Source of the DNA: an uncultured Verrucomicrobiae bacterium
GTDB taxonomy: Bacteria; Verrucomicrobiota; Verrucomicrobiia; Chthoniobacterales; UBA10450
Length of the DNA: 64,000 bases
Reading direction: 5' to 3'
Assembly (NCBI GenBank): GCA_963735805.1
Contig: CAVTMK010000004.1
Span: 512,001 to 576,000, forward strand
Shown here: positions 27,532 to 36,925 of the stretch, one piece after another
Layout of the letters: every line of letters begins with the position of its first letter
How positions within the stretch are numbered: the stretch's first letter is position 1
Position numbers and translations under genes: made by a program
The notes under the pieces: generated by a model
What the model was told of the DNA's origin: nothing
Seen by the model: only the letters and a program-made list of their open reading frames with translations
The model's database searches: none

Positions 27532-29022
27532 ATGGCGACTCAATCGTCCGCTTGGACAGGAGAGAAGCCTCGCAAAGCGGGAAATGGCGCTGGCCGGGGT
27601 TCGGCGGCGAGAAGTCGCGAAAAGGTTGTTCCCATTTCGCCCACAGGTTCTGCGCAGGATATTCACCGCGCTCCGCCGCATAGCGTGGAGGCGGAACAAG
27701 GCGTCCTAGGCTCAATGCTGCTCTCGCCGCGCGAAGCCATCGGCGAGTGTGTTGAGAAAATCAACGAGCAATACTTCTATGTGCCCGCTCATCAGACGAT
27801 TTACAATGTCCTCGTCGACCTTTGGAATGCCGGTCAGGCGATTGACCTGATCACTTTCACGCAGGTCTTGCGCGACCGAAACCTTCTCGAAAGCGTGGGT
27901 GGCGCGGCGTTTGTCACCAGCTTGTTTACGTTTGTTCCCACAGCCGCTAATCTCGAGTACTACCTGGAGATCGTTCGCGAGAAATACATTTTGCGCGAAA
28001 TCATTTCCGCCGCTACCGAGAGCGTCCGACGCGCCTATGAAGAGCAGGACGAAGTAGGCAATCTCCTTGACGAAATAGAACAGCGTATTTTCGCCGTAGG
28101 CGAAGACCGTTTCAAAGGCCAGCTGCTCTCGATGAAAGACCAGGTGATGGAAGCGATCGAGGCGATCGAAAAGCTCTACGAGCGCAAAGGCGGTATCACG
28201 GGCATTTCCAGCGGTTTCGTCGAATTCGATCGGATGACGAGCGGCCTGCATCCCGCGGAAATGATTGTCATCGCGGCGCGGCCGAGCATGGGAAAGACGG
28301 CCCTTGCCATGAACATCGCCGAACACGTCGCGATCAATGAGAAGCTTCCAGTGGGCGTTTTCAGCCTGGAAATGAGCAGTCAGCAACTTGTCCAGCGGCT
28401 GCTTTGTTCTCGCGCGCGAGTGAATCTGCAGAAAGTCCGCGATGGGTTTCTCGGCGAGCGCGATTTCCCCAGCTTGACCGCGGCAGCTTCCAAACTGGCG
28501 GAAGCGAAGATTTTCATCGATGACAGCGCAAGTCTAACAATCCTCGAGCTGCGAGCGAAGGCGCGCCGGCTTAAAGCGCAACAGGACGTGCGACTCATCA
28601 TTGTCGATTATTTGCAATTATTGCGCTCGACGTCGCGCCGTGCTCAGGACAATCGCCAGTTGGAAATTTCCGAAATTTCCGCGGGACTCAAAGGTTTAGC
28701 CAAGGAATTGAAAATTCCGGTCATCGTAGTGGCGCAGTTGAATCGACAACCGGAACAACGCACTGGCGGCAAGCCGCGCTTGAGCGACCTGCGCGAATCC
28801 GGCTCCATCGAACAGGACGCGGACCTGGTTGGATTGCTTGTCAGGCCGGAGATTTACGAGGAAGATGAGGAAGCCCGCGCGGAAAAGGCAGGTGAAGCTG
28901 AGCTAATCATAGCCAAACAACGCAATGGCCCGGTGGGCGAAATTCCCCTGACATTCCTGAAGGAATTTACGCGCTTTGAAACTCGCGCCCGCAACGTGGA
29001 AGAGCCCGCAGAAGCGTTTTAA
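27532..29022 (+). CDS. dnaB: Replicative DNA helicase
   Basis: PPHSVEAEQ, ARPSMGKT, FSLEM, DYLQL, DLRESGSIEQDAD, KQRNGP; no intein. Confidence 0.97.
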   Translation: MATQSSAWTGEKPRKAGNGAGRGSAARSREKVVPISPTGSAQDIHRAPPHSVEAEQGVLGSMLLSPREAIGECVEKINEQYFYVPAHQTIYNVLVDLWNAGQAIDLITFTQVLRDRNLLESVGGAAFVTSLFTFVPTAANLEYYLEIVREKYILREIISAATESVRRAYEEQDEVGNLLDEIEQRIFAVGEDRFKGQLLSMKDQVMEAIEAIEKLYERKGGITGISSGFVEFDRMTSGLHPAEMIVIAARPSMGKTALAMNIAEHVAINEKLPVGVFSLEMSSQQLVQRLLCSRARVNLQKVRDGFLGERDFPSLTAAASKLAEAKIFIDDSASLTILELRAKARRLKAQQDVRLIIVDYLQLLRSTSRRAQDNRQLEISEISAGLKGLAKELKIPVIVVAQLNRQPEQRTGGKPRLSDLRESGSIEQDADLVGLLVRPEIYEEDEEARAEKAGEAELIIAKQRNGPVGEIPLTFLKEFTRFETRARNVEEPAEAF

Positions 29023-29037
29023 ACGCGACCCGTTGGA

Positions 29038-31032
29038 TCAACGCTGCAACAGCGCCTTCGCGGCATCAATCACGTGCTGTGCGTCGATCCCGAGCTCTTT
29101 CATCACTTCGGGACCGGGCGCGCTCAGGCCGAATCGATGGAGCCCGACCACCTTGCCATCGAGGCCGACATATTGATACCAAATCTCGGTCACGCCCGCT
29201 TCGATTGCGACCCGTTTCCGGCATTCGTCAGGCAAAACTTCTTCGCGGTATTCTTGCGGCTGACGATTGAACCGTTCGAAACACGGCAGGGAAACCACCC
29301 GCGCGCCGTCGCCTAACTGTTGCGCCGCCGCAAGCGCGTGCTGCAATTCGCTCCCACACGACATGATGATCAGGTCGAGTTTCCCTTTCTCCTTTCTGGC
29401 AATGTAACCCCCGCGCAACACTCCTTCGCGACGTAATTTCACCTCGATATCGTTCAACATCGGAACTGTCTGCCGTGTCAGGGCCAGAAAGGTGGGCCCA
29501 TCGATTCGCTGCATCGCCGCCACAAACGCACCCGCGGTTTCTTCGGGATCTGCCGGACGAATCACGTCGATGTTGGGTATCAGCCGCACAGAGCTCACCG
29601 TCTCCACTGGTTCATGCGTAGGGCCATCTTCACCGACGCCGATCGAGTCATGGGTGAAAATGTATGTATTGGGAAGTTTCGCCAGCGCGCTGAGCCGAAT
29701 GGAAGCGCGGCAGTAATCGGTAAATACCGCGAAGGTCGCGCCCGATGCTCGGAACAGTCCGTGATATGAAATGCCGTTTAGAATCGCGCACATCCCATGT
29801 TCGCGAATGCCGAACCGGATGTTGCGCCCACCGGGGTTATCGCGATTGAAATCGCCGCCGTCCTTGATGTAATTCATTGTCGATCCGTACAGATCGGCGC
29901 TGCCGCTCATAAGTAATGGCATCGCCTGCGCGATCGGCTGCAACACTTCGCCGCCGGCTTTTCGTGTCGCCAGCTTCGCATCCCTGGGAAAGTCAGGGAT
30001 CGTCGAGAAAAGATCGGCGGGAACTTTCCGTTCCAATCCATCATCGAGCATCTTCGCTTTGTCAGGATTTTTCTTGCGCCACGCGTTGTAGGTTTCCTCC
30101 CACTTCCCGTAATCGGCGAGCAGTTTCTTTTTGTGTTCGGCGAAATAGTCGTACACCTCTTGCGAGACGAAATAATGTTCCGCTGGCAAGCCAAGGGCTT
30201 TGCGCGCCGCATCAACGTATTTTGCTCCGGCTTCTCCATGCGCCTTGTATGTGCCTGCTACTTCCGGGATCCCTTTGCCGATAAGCGTGTGCGCGATGAT
30301 GAATTGCGGCTTTCCGTTGTCGCGCCTTTTCGCCACGTTCAGCGCGTCGAGAAATTGTTGCATGTCGTGGCCATCGATTTCCTGGACATCGAAGCCGTAC
30401 GCCTCCATGCGTTTGCCGGTGTCTTCGCTCTGCGTTTCCTTCGCCGGGGCGTCGAGCGTGACGGCGTTTGAGTCGTAGATGTAGATCAAATTATCAAGGC
30501 CCCAAAAACCGGCCAGCGCGCACGCTTCGGAGGCGACGCCTTCCTGCATGTCCCCGTCGCCGCACAAACAGATCACATGCTGATCGAAAATCTTGTGATC
30601 ATCAGTGTTGAAACGCGCCGCCGCCATTTTTGTCGCCACGGAAATGCCAACCGAGTTGCCGATCCCCTGACCGAGCGGGCCCGTTGTGCATTCCACGCCG
30701 GGCGTTTCGCCGAATTCAGGGTGCCCGGGCGTCTTGGAATGTAATTGCCTGAATCGTTTGATTTCAGACATCGGCAAATCGTAGCCGCTCATGTGCAGCC
30801 ACGCGTACAAGAACATGCTGCCGTGACCAGCCGAGAGAACGAAGACATCGCGATTGATCCAGCGCGGTTTGTCCGGATTATATCTTAACGCATAACCAAA
30901 GAGCACAGCGCCCATCTCGGCGCAGCCAAGTGGAAGTCCAAGGTGACCAGATTGCGAAGCCTGGACAGCATCCATGCACAAACCACGTGCCTGGTCCGCT
31001 GCTTCCGAGAGAATTTTGATATTTAGGCTCAT
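29038..31032 (-). CDS. tkt: Transketolase
   Basis: [39 protein letters not shown]. Confidence 0.96.
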   Translation of the reverse strand: MSLNIKILSEAADQARGLCMDAVQASQSGHLGLPLGCAEMGAVLFGYALRYNPDKPRWINRDVFVLSAGHGSMFLYAWLHMSGYDLPMSEIKRFRQLHSKTPGHPEFGETPGVECTTGPLGQGIGNSVGISVATKMAAARFNTDDHKIFDQHVICLCGDGDMQEGVASEACALAGFWGLDNLIYIYDSNAVTLDAPAKETQSEDTGKRMEAYGFDVQEIDGHDMQQFLDALNVAKRRDNGKPQFIIAHTLIGKGIPEVAGTYKAHGEAGAKYVDAARKALGLPAEHYFVSQEVYDYFAEHKKKLLADYGKWEETYNAWRKKNPDKAKMLDDGLERKVPADLFSTIPDFPRDAKLATRKAGGEVLQPIAQAMPLLMSGSADLYGSTMNYIKDGGDFNRDNPGGRNIRFGIREHGMCAILNGISYHGLFRASGATFAVFTDYCRASIRLSALAKLPNTYIFTHDSIGVGEDGPTHEPVETVSSVRLIPNIDVIRPADPEETAGAFVAAMQRIDGPTFLALTRQTVPMLNDIEVKLRREGVLRGGYIARKEKGKLDLIIMSCGSELQHALAAAQQLGDGARVVSLPCFERFNRQPQEYREEVLPDECRKRVAIEAGVTEIWYQYVGLDGKVVGLHRFGLSAPGPEVMKELGIDAQHVIDAAKALLQR

Positions 31033-31177
31033 GGAAAAGAAGAAAGATTTTAGATTTCAGTTTAAAGATTAGAGACGCGAATCTCTATATGGCCGAACAT
31101 TTGCGTTCGACAATGTATTTTCCACCACCGAGGTATCGAACGCTAATAAATCCTAAGATCACAAGACGACTTCACCC

Positions 31178-32335
31178 GTGAAAACACCGTCACTGCTCCA
31201 AATTGTCGAGCGACTCGAGCGTCTCGCAGGCAGGTTGCCTTCCAAAATCCAAAAGGCCGTTCTCAGCGAGCTCACGCCACTGAAGCAATTATTTCTCCAG
31301 CAACGTCCACCGCGTTTTCTTCTTGCCGGTTCAGCGAAAGTGCCGGCGAGGAAAATCATCTCCGCGCTTTTTAGCTCGGTTGAATTTGTCGAGCCGACTG
31401 CTCCTACGCCGCTTTGCCGCTGGTTCGATATCGTCTTTCCTGAACAGGGAAAGATTGCGGTCATTGATGTCAGAGGGGTTGACAATTCCACTGCCGTTCA
31501 TGTCCGGGACGAACTCAAATATCGCCCTGCCGATGTCATTTTCTTTATCCGGGATGAGGAACTGGCACCTGAGCTGGAACAGCGAGAGCTGGCTGACTTA
31601 AACAGCTATCTTAGCTGGAACGAGACATTGCAAGCGGAACGCAAAATTATCGAAATTATCGTTCCGGTTTTGGGAAAGGCTGTTGCGCGCGGTCACAACG
31701 GCGTCGACGCCATGGGCGGCGAGTATCCCGTGAGATCCGATCTCGCGAGACGCGATGTCTTTTTGGAAACGTTGAGGCTGGTTCGTTCGGATAACGATCA
31801 GGGACTTGAACTGCCCTCTGTCGAAGCGCGTCGTCTCATGTCGATCCTTGCACGAGAGCTGCCGAATGAGGCGCGAATGGAAATGATCCGGATAGCCCGG
31901 GATCGTGAGGCGCAGCGCGAAGTGGCGCAGTTGCTAATAAAATCGACGACTGCCGTCTGCACTGCCATCGGCGCACAACCGATTCCGCTCGCAGATCTGC
32001 CGATCCTCACCAGCCTGCAACTGATGATGGTGTCCGGAATCATGTATGTAAGCGGCCGTGAACGTAGCCTGCGTGCCGCCGCAGAATTCGCCGGCGCCCT
32101 CGGTGCAAATGTCGGCGCGGCAATGCTTCTGCGTGAAGGCGCCCGCGCAATCCTGAAATTCTTTCCGGGGTGGGGAAACGTGGTTTGCGGACTTGTGGCC
32201 GGATCGGGAACATACGCGATCGGTCGCGCTGCGACGGCGTATTTTATCGAAGGCGTGTCTCTAAAGGATGCGCGTCGCACGTATCTGACAAGCCGGAAGA
32301 AACGTCGGCGCCAGGCATTGGAAGAAGCTCAATGA
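31178..32335 (+). CDS. Degenerate GTPase-like N-terminal domain plus DUF697/YcjF-like helical domain
   Basis: PPRFLLAG..., IDVRG; C-terminal QPIPLADLPILTSLQ..MV..I. Confidence 0.65.
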   Translation: MKTPSLLQIVERLERLAGRLPSKIQKAVLSELTPLKQLFLQQRPPRFLLAGSAKVPARKIISALFSSVEFVEPTAPTPLCRWFDIVFPEQGKIAVIDVRGVDNSTAVHVRDELKYRPADVIFFIRDEELAPELEQRELADLNSYLSWNETLQAERKIIEIIVPVLGKAVARGHNGVDAMGGEYPVRSDLARRDVFLETLRLVRSDNDQGLELPSVEARRLMSILARELPNEARMEMIRIARDREAQREVAQLLIKSTTAVCTAIGAQPIPLADLPILTSLQLMMVSGIMYVSGRERSLRAAAEFAGALGANVGAAMLLREGARAILKFFPGWGNVVCGLVAGSGTYAIGRAATAYFIEGVSLKDARRTYLTSRKKRRRQALEEAQ

Positions 32336-32396
32336 GCGAAATGCACGGGCGTCGATCGACGAACTGATCACATCAGGTATATGCCTAGTAATCCCC

Positions 32397-32463
32397 CGTG
32401 AATAACTTGTGAATAAAATCCGCTCGCACAGCGTATTTTGTTCACACGGTTTTGTGAACAAAA
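32397..32463. promoter_or_regulatory. Cluster of four DnaA-box-like 9-mers
   Basis: cgtgaataa 32397, tgtgaataa 32408 (perfect TTATNCACA on - strand), ttgttcaca 32438, tgtgaacaa 32453. Confidence 0.6.
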
Positions 32464-32506
32464 AGACTAATTTCGCCGGGTTCTCCGCTCTTTTGCCTTG
32501 CTTTTT

Positions 32507-33865
32507 ATGAAGCTCTCCGACATACGGGCGACGCTTCAGGAAATACATGTCTCTCCGGTCAAAACGCTCGGCCAAAATTTTCTGCACGATCAAAATCTTG
32601 CTCGATGGATTATCAATCAGGCGGAGATCGCCCGGGACGATTACGTGTTGGAAATCGGGCCCGGTCTCGGAGCGTTAACAAAACTCCTTCTCGATAAAGG
32701 TGCGCGCGTTCTAGCAATCGAAAAAGACAGGCGCCTGGCCGATTTTTTACGCGAACGTTTCGGTTGCGAGCGACTGGAAATATTGAATATCGACGCGCTC
32801 AAGTTCGATGCACGGGTATTGTTTTCGCATCGACGAGTTAAATTGCTCGGCAACCTTCCGTATAATATCTCCAGTCCGTTGCTTTCGAAGTTCCTTGAAT
32901 ATCCAAGCCCTATCTCGCTGTGGTTGTTCACATTACAAAAAGAAATGGCAACGCGACTTTCCGCGCACCCATCTACGCGTGATTACGGTGCTCTGACATT
33001 GCGCATTCAGTTACATCATCATGTGAAATATCTGCGCACCGTTCCAGCAACCGTGTTCTTTCCGCGACCTGACGTGGATTCGGCGGTGCTGCGAATCTTA
33101 CCGCGAGACCTGCAGGAATTGCCTTCGCACGACGAAACGTTGCTCGTGAAATTGATTCGGCTTGGTTTTTCCCAGAGAAGAAAACAACTGGGAAAATTAC
33201 TTCGGGAGCACGTCGATGACTGGGACGCTCTTGCGCGCCATATCGCGCTCGATCCGCATACTCGAGCAGAAGAACTCTCCTTACTTCAATGGATTGCCCT
33301 GGCAAATTTCGTCGCGCCACCGCCGGCTCCCGAGATGTTCCTGGCGAACAGCGAGCGCTTTCCGGTCGTGGATAAAAACGACCGGGTTTTACGCGATTGC
33401 AGTCGCTCCGAGGTGCATGGGAATAACTTGCGCCATCGCGCCGTTCACATCCTGATTTTCAACCCGGCTGGGGAAGTTTATTTGCAGCAGCGCTCGCGTT
33501 GGAAGGATCGGCATCCTCTCAGGTGGGACTCAAGCGCGGCAGGTCACGTTGTCGCCGCGGAAAGTTATGACGAAACAGCGAGACGCGAGTTGGAAGAAGA
33601 ATTGGGAATCTCTGTTTCTCTTCAGAAAATTTCGAAGCTCCCTGCTTCAGAACGCACCGACCAGGAGTTCATCTGGCTTTATCGAGGCGAAACTGCTGGT
33701 CCTTTTTCACTGAACCGAACGGAGATCGAAGGGGGCACATTCTTTCCGCAGTTAGTCATCGATGGCTGGGTCGCGGCGCGACCAGAAGACTTTGCGCCAG
33801 GATTTATCGAATGTTGGAAAGTTTATCGTGAGACAGCCTGCGGCAATCGCGGCGTGCTTACTTGA
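32507..33865 (+). CDS. rsmA: 16S rRNA dimethyltransferase RsmA/KsgA fused to a C-terminal NUDIX domain
   Basis: LGQNFL, EIGPGLG, GNLPYNIS; NUDIX box GHVVAAESYDETARRELEEELG. Confidence 0.92.
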   Translation: MKLSDIRATLQEIHVSPVKTLGQNFLHDQNLARWIINQAEIARDDYVLEIGPGLGALTKLLLDKGARVLAIEKDRRLADFLRERFGCERLEILNIDALKFDARVLFSHRRVKLLGNLPYNISSPLLSKFLEYPSPISLWLFTLQKEMATRLSAHPSTRDYGALTLRIQLHHHVKYLRTVPATVFFPRPDVDSAVLRILPRDLQELPSHDETLLVKLIRLGFSQRRKQLGKLLREHVDDWDALARHIALDPHTRAEELSLLQWIALANFVAPPPAPEMFLANSERFPVVDKNDRVLRDCSRSEVHGNNLRHRAVHILIFNPAGEVYLQQRSRWKDRHPLRWDSSAAGHVVAAESYDETARRELEEELGISVSLQKISKLPASERTDQEFIWLYRGETAGPFSLNRTEIEGGTFFPQLVIDGWVAARPEDFAPGFIECWKVYRETACGNRGVLT

Positions 33866-34097
33866 AACCGACAAACTTTCTTCGCGGTAAACGACGTAGT
33901 GCCGATCGCTTGAATTTTCGCGCGGCGCGTTTCGCGCCCTGTTTGCCGCCATACACGCTGTCGCTAAACATCCTCGTCACAATTTTATCGCCCCGAAGGA
34001 AGTGGACCTGAAATCCATGCGTCTGCTTCTTCGCACGCGCTTTTGTGTCGATGCGGCGGATGTTCGCCTCCGAATCAGGATTTGGACGTCTTCGCAT
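33858..34097 (-). CDS. Small basic AP2-domain-like protein
   Basis: IRRID...HGFQV...FSDSVYGGKQGAKRAA pattern. Confidence 0.6.
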   Translation of the reverse strand: MRRRPNPDSEANIRRIDTKARAKKQTHGFQVHFLRGDKIVTRMFSDSVYGGKQGAKRAARKFKRSALRRLPRRKFVGFK

Positions 34098-34127
34098 GAA
34101 GCGAAACTAACTGAACAATCCCAGCAA

Positions 34128-34904
34128 TCAACGAGGTAAACTCACGGAGCCGCTACTGCGGAACGCATCCGGGGAAGGCAGGTTCCAGGAACGCCATTTC
34201 TTATCGTACTCGTTAGCGGGCAACAATGCGTAACAGGGATGCCGTTTGGCGCGAAGCCAGGTAATCATCTTCGCAAGATTTTCCTGCGCCATCGTTGTGC
34301 AACCCGTGGTCGGCCGATTCACGCCGCGGCGAATATGGAAAAAAATCGCGCTGCCCGCGCCGGGCACCGGGGGATTGGAATTGTGGCGGATCTCAACGAG
34401 CCAATGATAAGCAAAATCACCCGAGCGCATTTTTTCGTGTGTGTAATTATCCGGCGGATTCTTCGGATCGATCACGACATGCCGGTTGTAGCTAGGCGAA
34501 CGCGGATCATCGCTCCAAACATCCGCTTCGGTTACCTGATGGTACGGATAGTCGCCGCCCGGAGGCAGGTGCGACTCGTAACCAAAAACCTGACCAATGT
34601 CGAAGACGCCTGCAGGCGCGCGACCGTCACGCTCTTTCTTCCGAAGCCCAGGCTCATTTTGTCCTGCCAGTCCCGTGCCCCAGGCGAGCCCATTTTTCCC
34701 AAACAACACGGGAAACGGTCCGGCAACGGCTGTCCAATCACCGCCGCGCGGACGTTCAAAGAGTCGCAGTTCGCCGCGCATTGAATTCCACGACGGCGCC
34801 ATGCCGGCGATGAGTTGCGTACAATCATCCGGAACACCATCTGCGTGTGCAGAAACACTAAGCAGCGTTAACGAACCAATCACCAGGCTGCGCAAGATCG
34901 ACAT
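34128..34904 (-). CDS. L,D-transpeptidase family protein, exported
   Basis: K.E.DGRAPAG, GSAIFFH, PTTGC; signal peptide. Confidence 0.85.
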   Translation of the reverse strand: MSILRSLVIGSLTLLSVSAHADGVPDDCTQLIAGMAPSWNSMRGELRLFERPRGGDWTAVAGPFPVLFGKNGLAWGTGLAGQNEPGLRKKERDGRAPAGVFDIGQVFGYESHLPPGGDYPYHQVTEADVWSDDPRSPSYNRHVVIDPKNPPDNYTHEKMRSGDFAYHWLVEIRHNSNPPVPGAGSAIFFHIRRGVNRPTTGCTTMAQENLAKMITWLRAKRHPCYALLPANEYDKKWRSWNLPSPDAFRSSGSVSLPR

Positions 34905-35023
34905 AGGCTTTTACAAGGAAATCATTTTAAACATTCCGCCACTTGTTTCACATTAGGAGTAACGATGTTGGCCATTCTTATTTGTCGGCCTCTCATCAGG
35001 TTGAGCCAAACGACGCTGTCCTC

Positions 35024-35455
35024 ATGAAAACACTACTCTTACTTGTAGCCATATTCCTCATTCTCGATGCCGCGATTGTTCCTATTTCGGCACAGACCGC
35101 GCGTGCGTCGCCCGCGGCAACAGTTTCGCCTCGGCCCACGCCGGGCAGAGCATCGCCGACTCCACGCGCGACTCTAACAGCCAGGCCACACGCGACTGGG
35201 TCTCCGGTTACGTCTGGCGCAGCGACATCAAGTCCGTTACCTGCGCGAGGACCCGACACACGAGGGACACCGGCTGCAATGGCTTCACCTGGTGGAGGCG
35301 CCCAGCTTGAAGGTGAATCGACCACCGCACGGCAGTCACCACTACCTGCAGCAACTTCGGCTGAAACGCCCAAACCAACACCCTTACGACCTCACCGGAA
35401 GCTGGAAAGGCGAGAAGGAAACACGCCTCAGGAGGGGTCCGGGGAACAGCGATAG
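35024..35455 (+). CDS. Secreted low-complexity Pro/Thr/Ala/Ser-rich protein
   Basis: MKTLLLLVAIFL signal peptide followed by a disordered SP/TP-rich body. Confidence 0.6.
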   Translation: MKTLLLLVAIFLILDAAIVPISAQTARASPAATVSPRPTPGRASPTPRATLTARPHATGSPVTSGAATSSPLPARGPDTRGTPAAMASPGGGAQLEGESTTARQSPLPAATSAETPKPTPLRPHRKLERREGNTPQEGSGEQR

Positions 35456-35522
35456 AGAATCCGATCTTCACTCCAGTCACAACAATAGGCTGAGAGCGTA
35501 AAGGTTCGGCGGTTCCTGGTGT

Positions 35523-35598
35523 TGTACTCGCCTCGCTTTGTCGAGGCGCTTTAGCACCATCGCCTTTTTGCTCACGGCGGCACAACGCTGTGGCTACA
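35523..35598. repeat. GTAG-family REP doublet between convergent genes
   Basis: tgtactcgcctcgctttgtcgaggcg ... cacggcggcacaacgctgtggctaca. Confidence 0.7.
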
Positions 35599-35616
35599 GT
35601 GATGGGTCGATAACGC

Positions 35617-36876
35617 TCAGCTGGTTTGGTTTTCCACAGCGGCGGTATCAGCCGGAAGATATTTCACCCCAATTAGCCAGGCGACACCTGATAGGAGAAT
35701 TATTCCTGACACGAACAAAAATGCCACACGCATATTCGTGTGGCCGCCGATATATCCAAGGAGCCAGAACGCCTGCACGTCGCCGAACGCGTGGATGACG
35801 AAGATGTTTGCAGCAAACGCCGTAGCACGCACAGCAGGCAGCGACACGTTGGCAAGAGCAGTGTTCGAGGGTCCTGTGTTCAGAAACAAGAAAAAGATCG
35901 CAAGGAACATGGTGATCCATGCCGCGGGGAACGGAATATAAAGGGTCGCAACGAAAAACGGACATGCGATGAGCATGCCAATTCCCGATACCCAGAAGTA
36001 CGAACCAGCGTAACGCGATCGCAGTTTGTCGGCGACAACCCCTCCCAAAAGGGTCGAGACCAGGCCCGCGACTACGGTGATCAAGCCAAAGATTGTCATC
36101 CCCACCTCGGGACTTTGATTTCGAAAACGGAGATAAGCGGGCGCCCAAAATCCCAAGCCGCCGGTTACAAAAGTCATCAACGTTTGGGCGACGCAGTTGA
36201 TGAGATAGGAGCGTGTACGGAACAGGCTGAGGTAGTCGCGGATGCTCTGCCGTGATGACTTTTGCACCAGGTTGTCTGCAGCGACGCGCGGATCGCGTTG
36301 CCAGAAGCACAGCAGACCCAGTAGCAAACCCGGCGGGGCAACCAGATAAAATGCCCAACGCCAGCCGAGATGCGCACCGATCAGTCCACCGACCACGTAT
36401 CCTAACGCGCTCCCAACCGGAATCGCTGCGCAAAAAACGGCCATGACGCGACCTCGTTTTTCGATCGGGAACAGATCGGACAAGATCGTCGGCGCCGCCG
36501 GGCCATAGCCGCCCTCGCCAATTCCAACGCATATGCGTGTTGCAAAGAGAATCGCGAATGTCGCGGCCAGACCAGAGCCGCCGCTGGCCAGGCTCCACAA
36601 AATCGCCGCCGAACCAATAATGATCCAGCGCGAGAATCGGTCCGCTAGCAACCCGAGAATCGGCGCGCTAACCATGTAAGTGACGAAAAACGCGTCGCCG
36701 AGGAAACCTGTTTTGGTCATGGCGTTCACGTCGTTGGCTGAAAAGAAAGTTGCGCGAATATCCGGCTCGAGCGCGGCGAGAACTTGCCGGTCGATGTAAT
36801 TGAAAAGATTGATCGCCAGGAGCAGAAACAGGGCAGTGCGCGCGCCGTTCATCGGTTTCTTCCACGCAGAATCCAT
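35617..36876 (-). CDS. MFS transporter, Spinster-like
   Basis: INLFNYIDR, VGIGEG..P.APTILSDLF, AIPVGSALGY; start could be 36852. Confidence 0.88.
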   Translation of the reverse strand: MDSAWKKPMNGARTALFLLLAINLFNYIDRQVLAALEPDIRATFFSANDVNAMTKTGFLGDAFFVTYMVSAPILGLLADRFSRWIIIGSAAILWSLASGGSGLAATFAILFATRICVGIGEGGYGPAAPTILSDLFPIEKRGRVMAVFCAAIPVGSALGYVVGGLIGAHLGWRWAFYLVAPPGLLLGLLCFWQRDPRVAADNLVQKSSRQSIRDYLSLFRTRSYLINCVAQTLMTFVTGGLGFWAPAYLRFRNQSPEVGMTIFGLITVVAGLVSTLLGGVVADKLRSRYAGSYFWVSGIGMLIACPFFVATLYIPFPAAWITMFLAIFFLFLNTGPSNTALANVSLPAVRATAFAANIFVIHAFGDVQAFWLLGYIGGHTNMRVAFLFVSGIILLSGVAWLIGVKYLPADTAAVENQTS

Positions 36877-36925
36877 TGGCAGTTGTGATTGCAGTTTGGC
36901 GGCCGCCAATTGTAAATGATAAACG

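Noticed and set aside
27532..29022. Intein in DnaB
   Set aside because: Length and motifs are contiguous with no insertion
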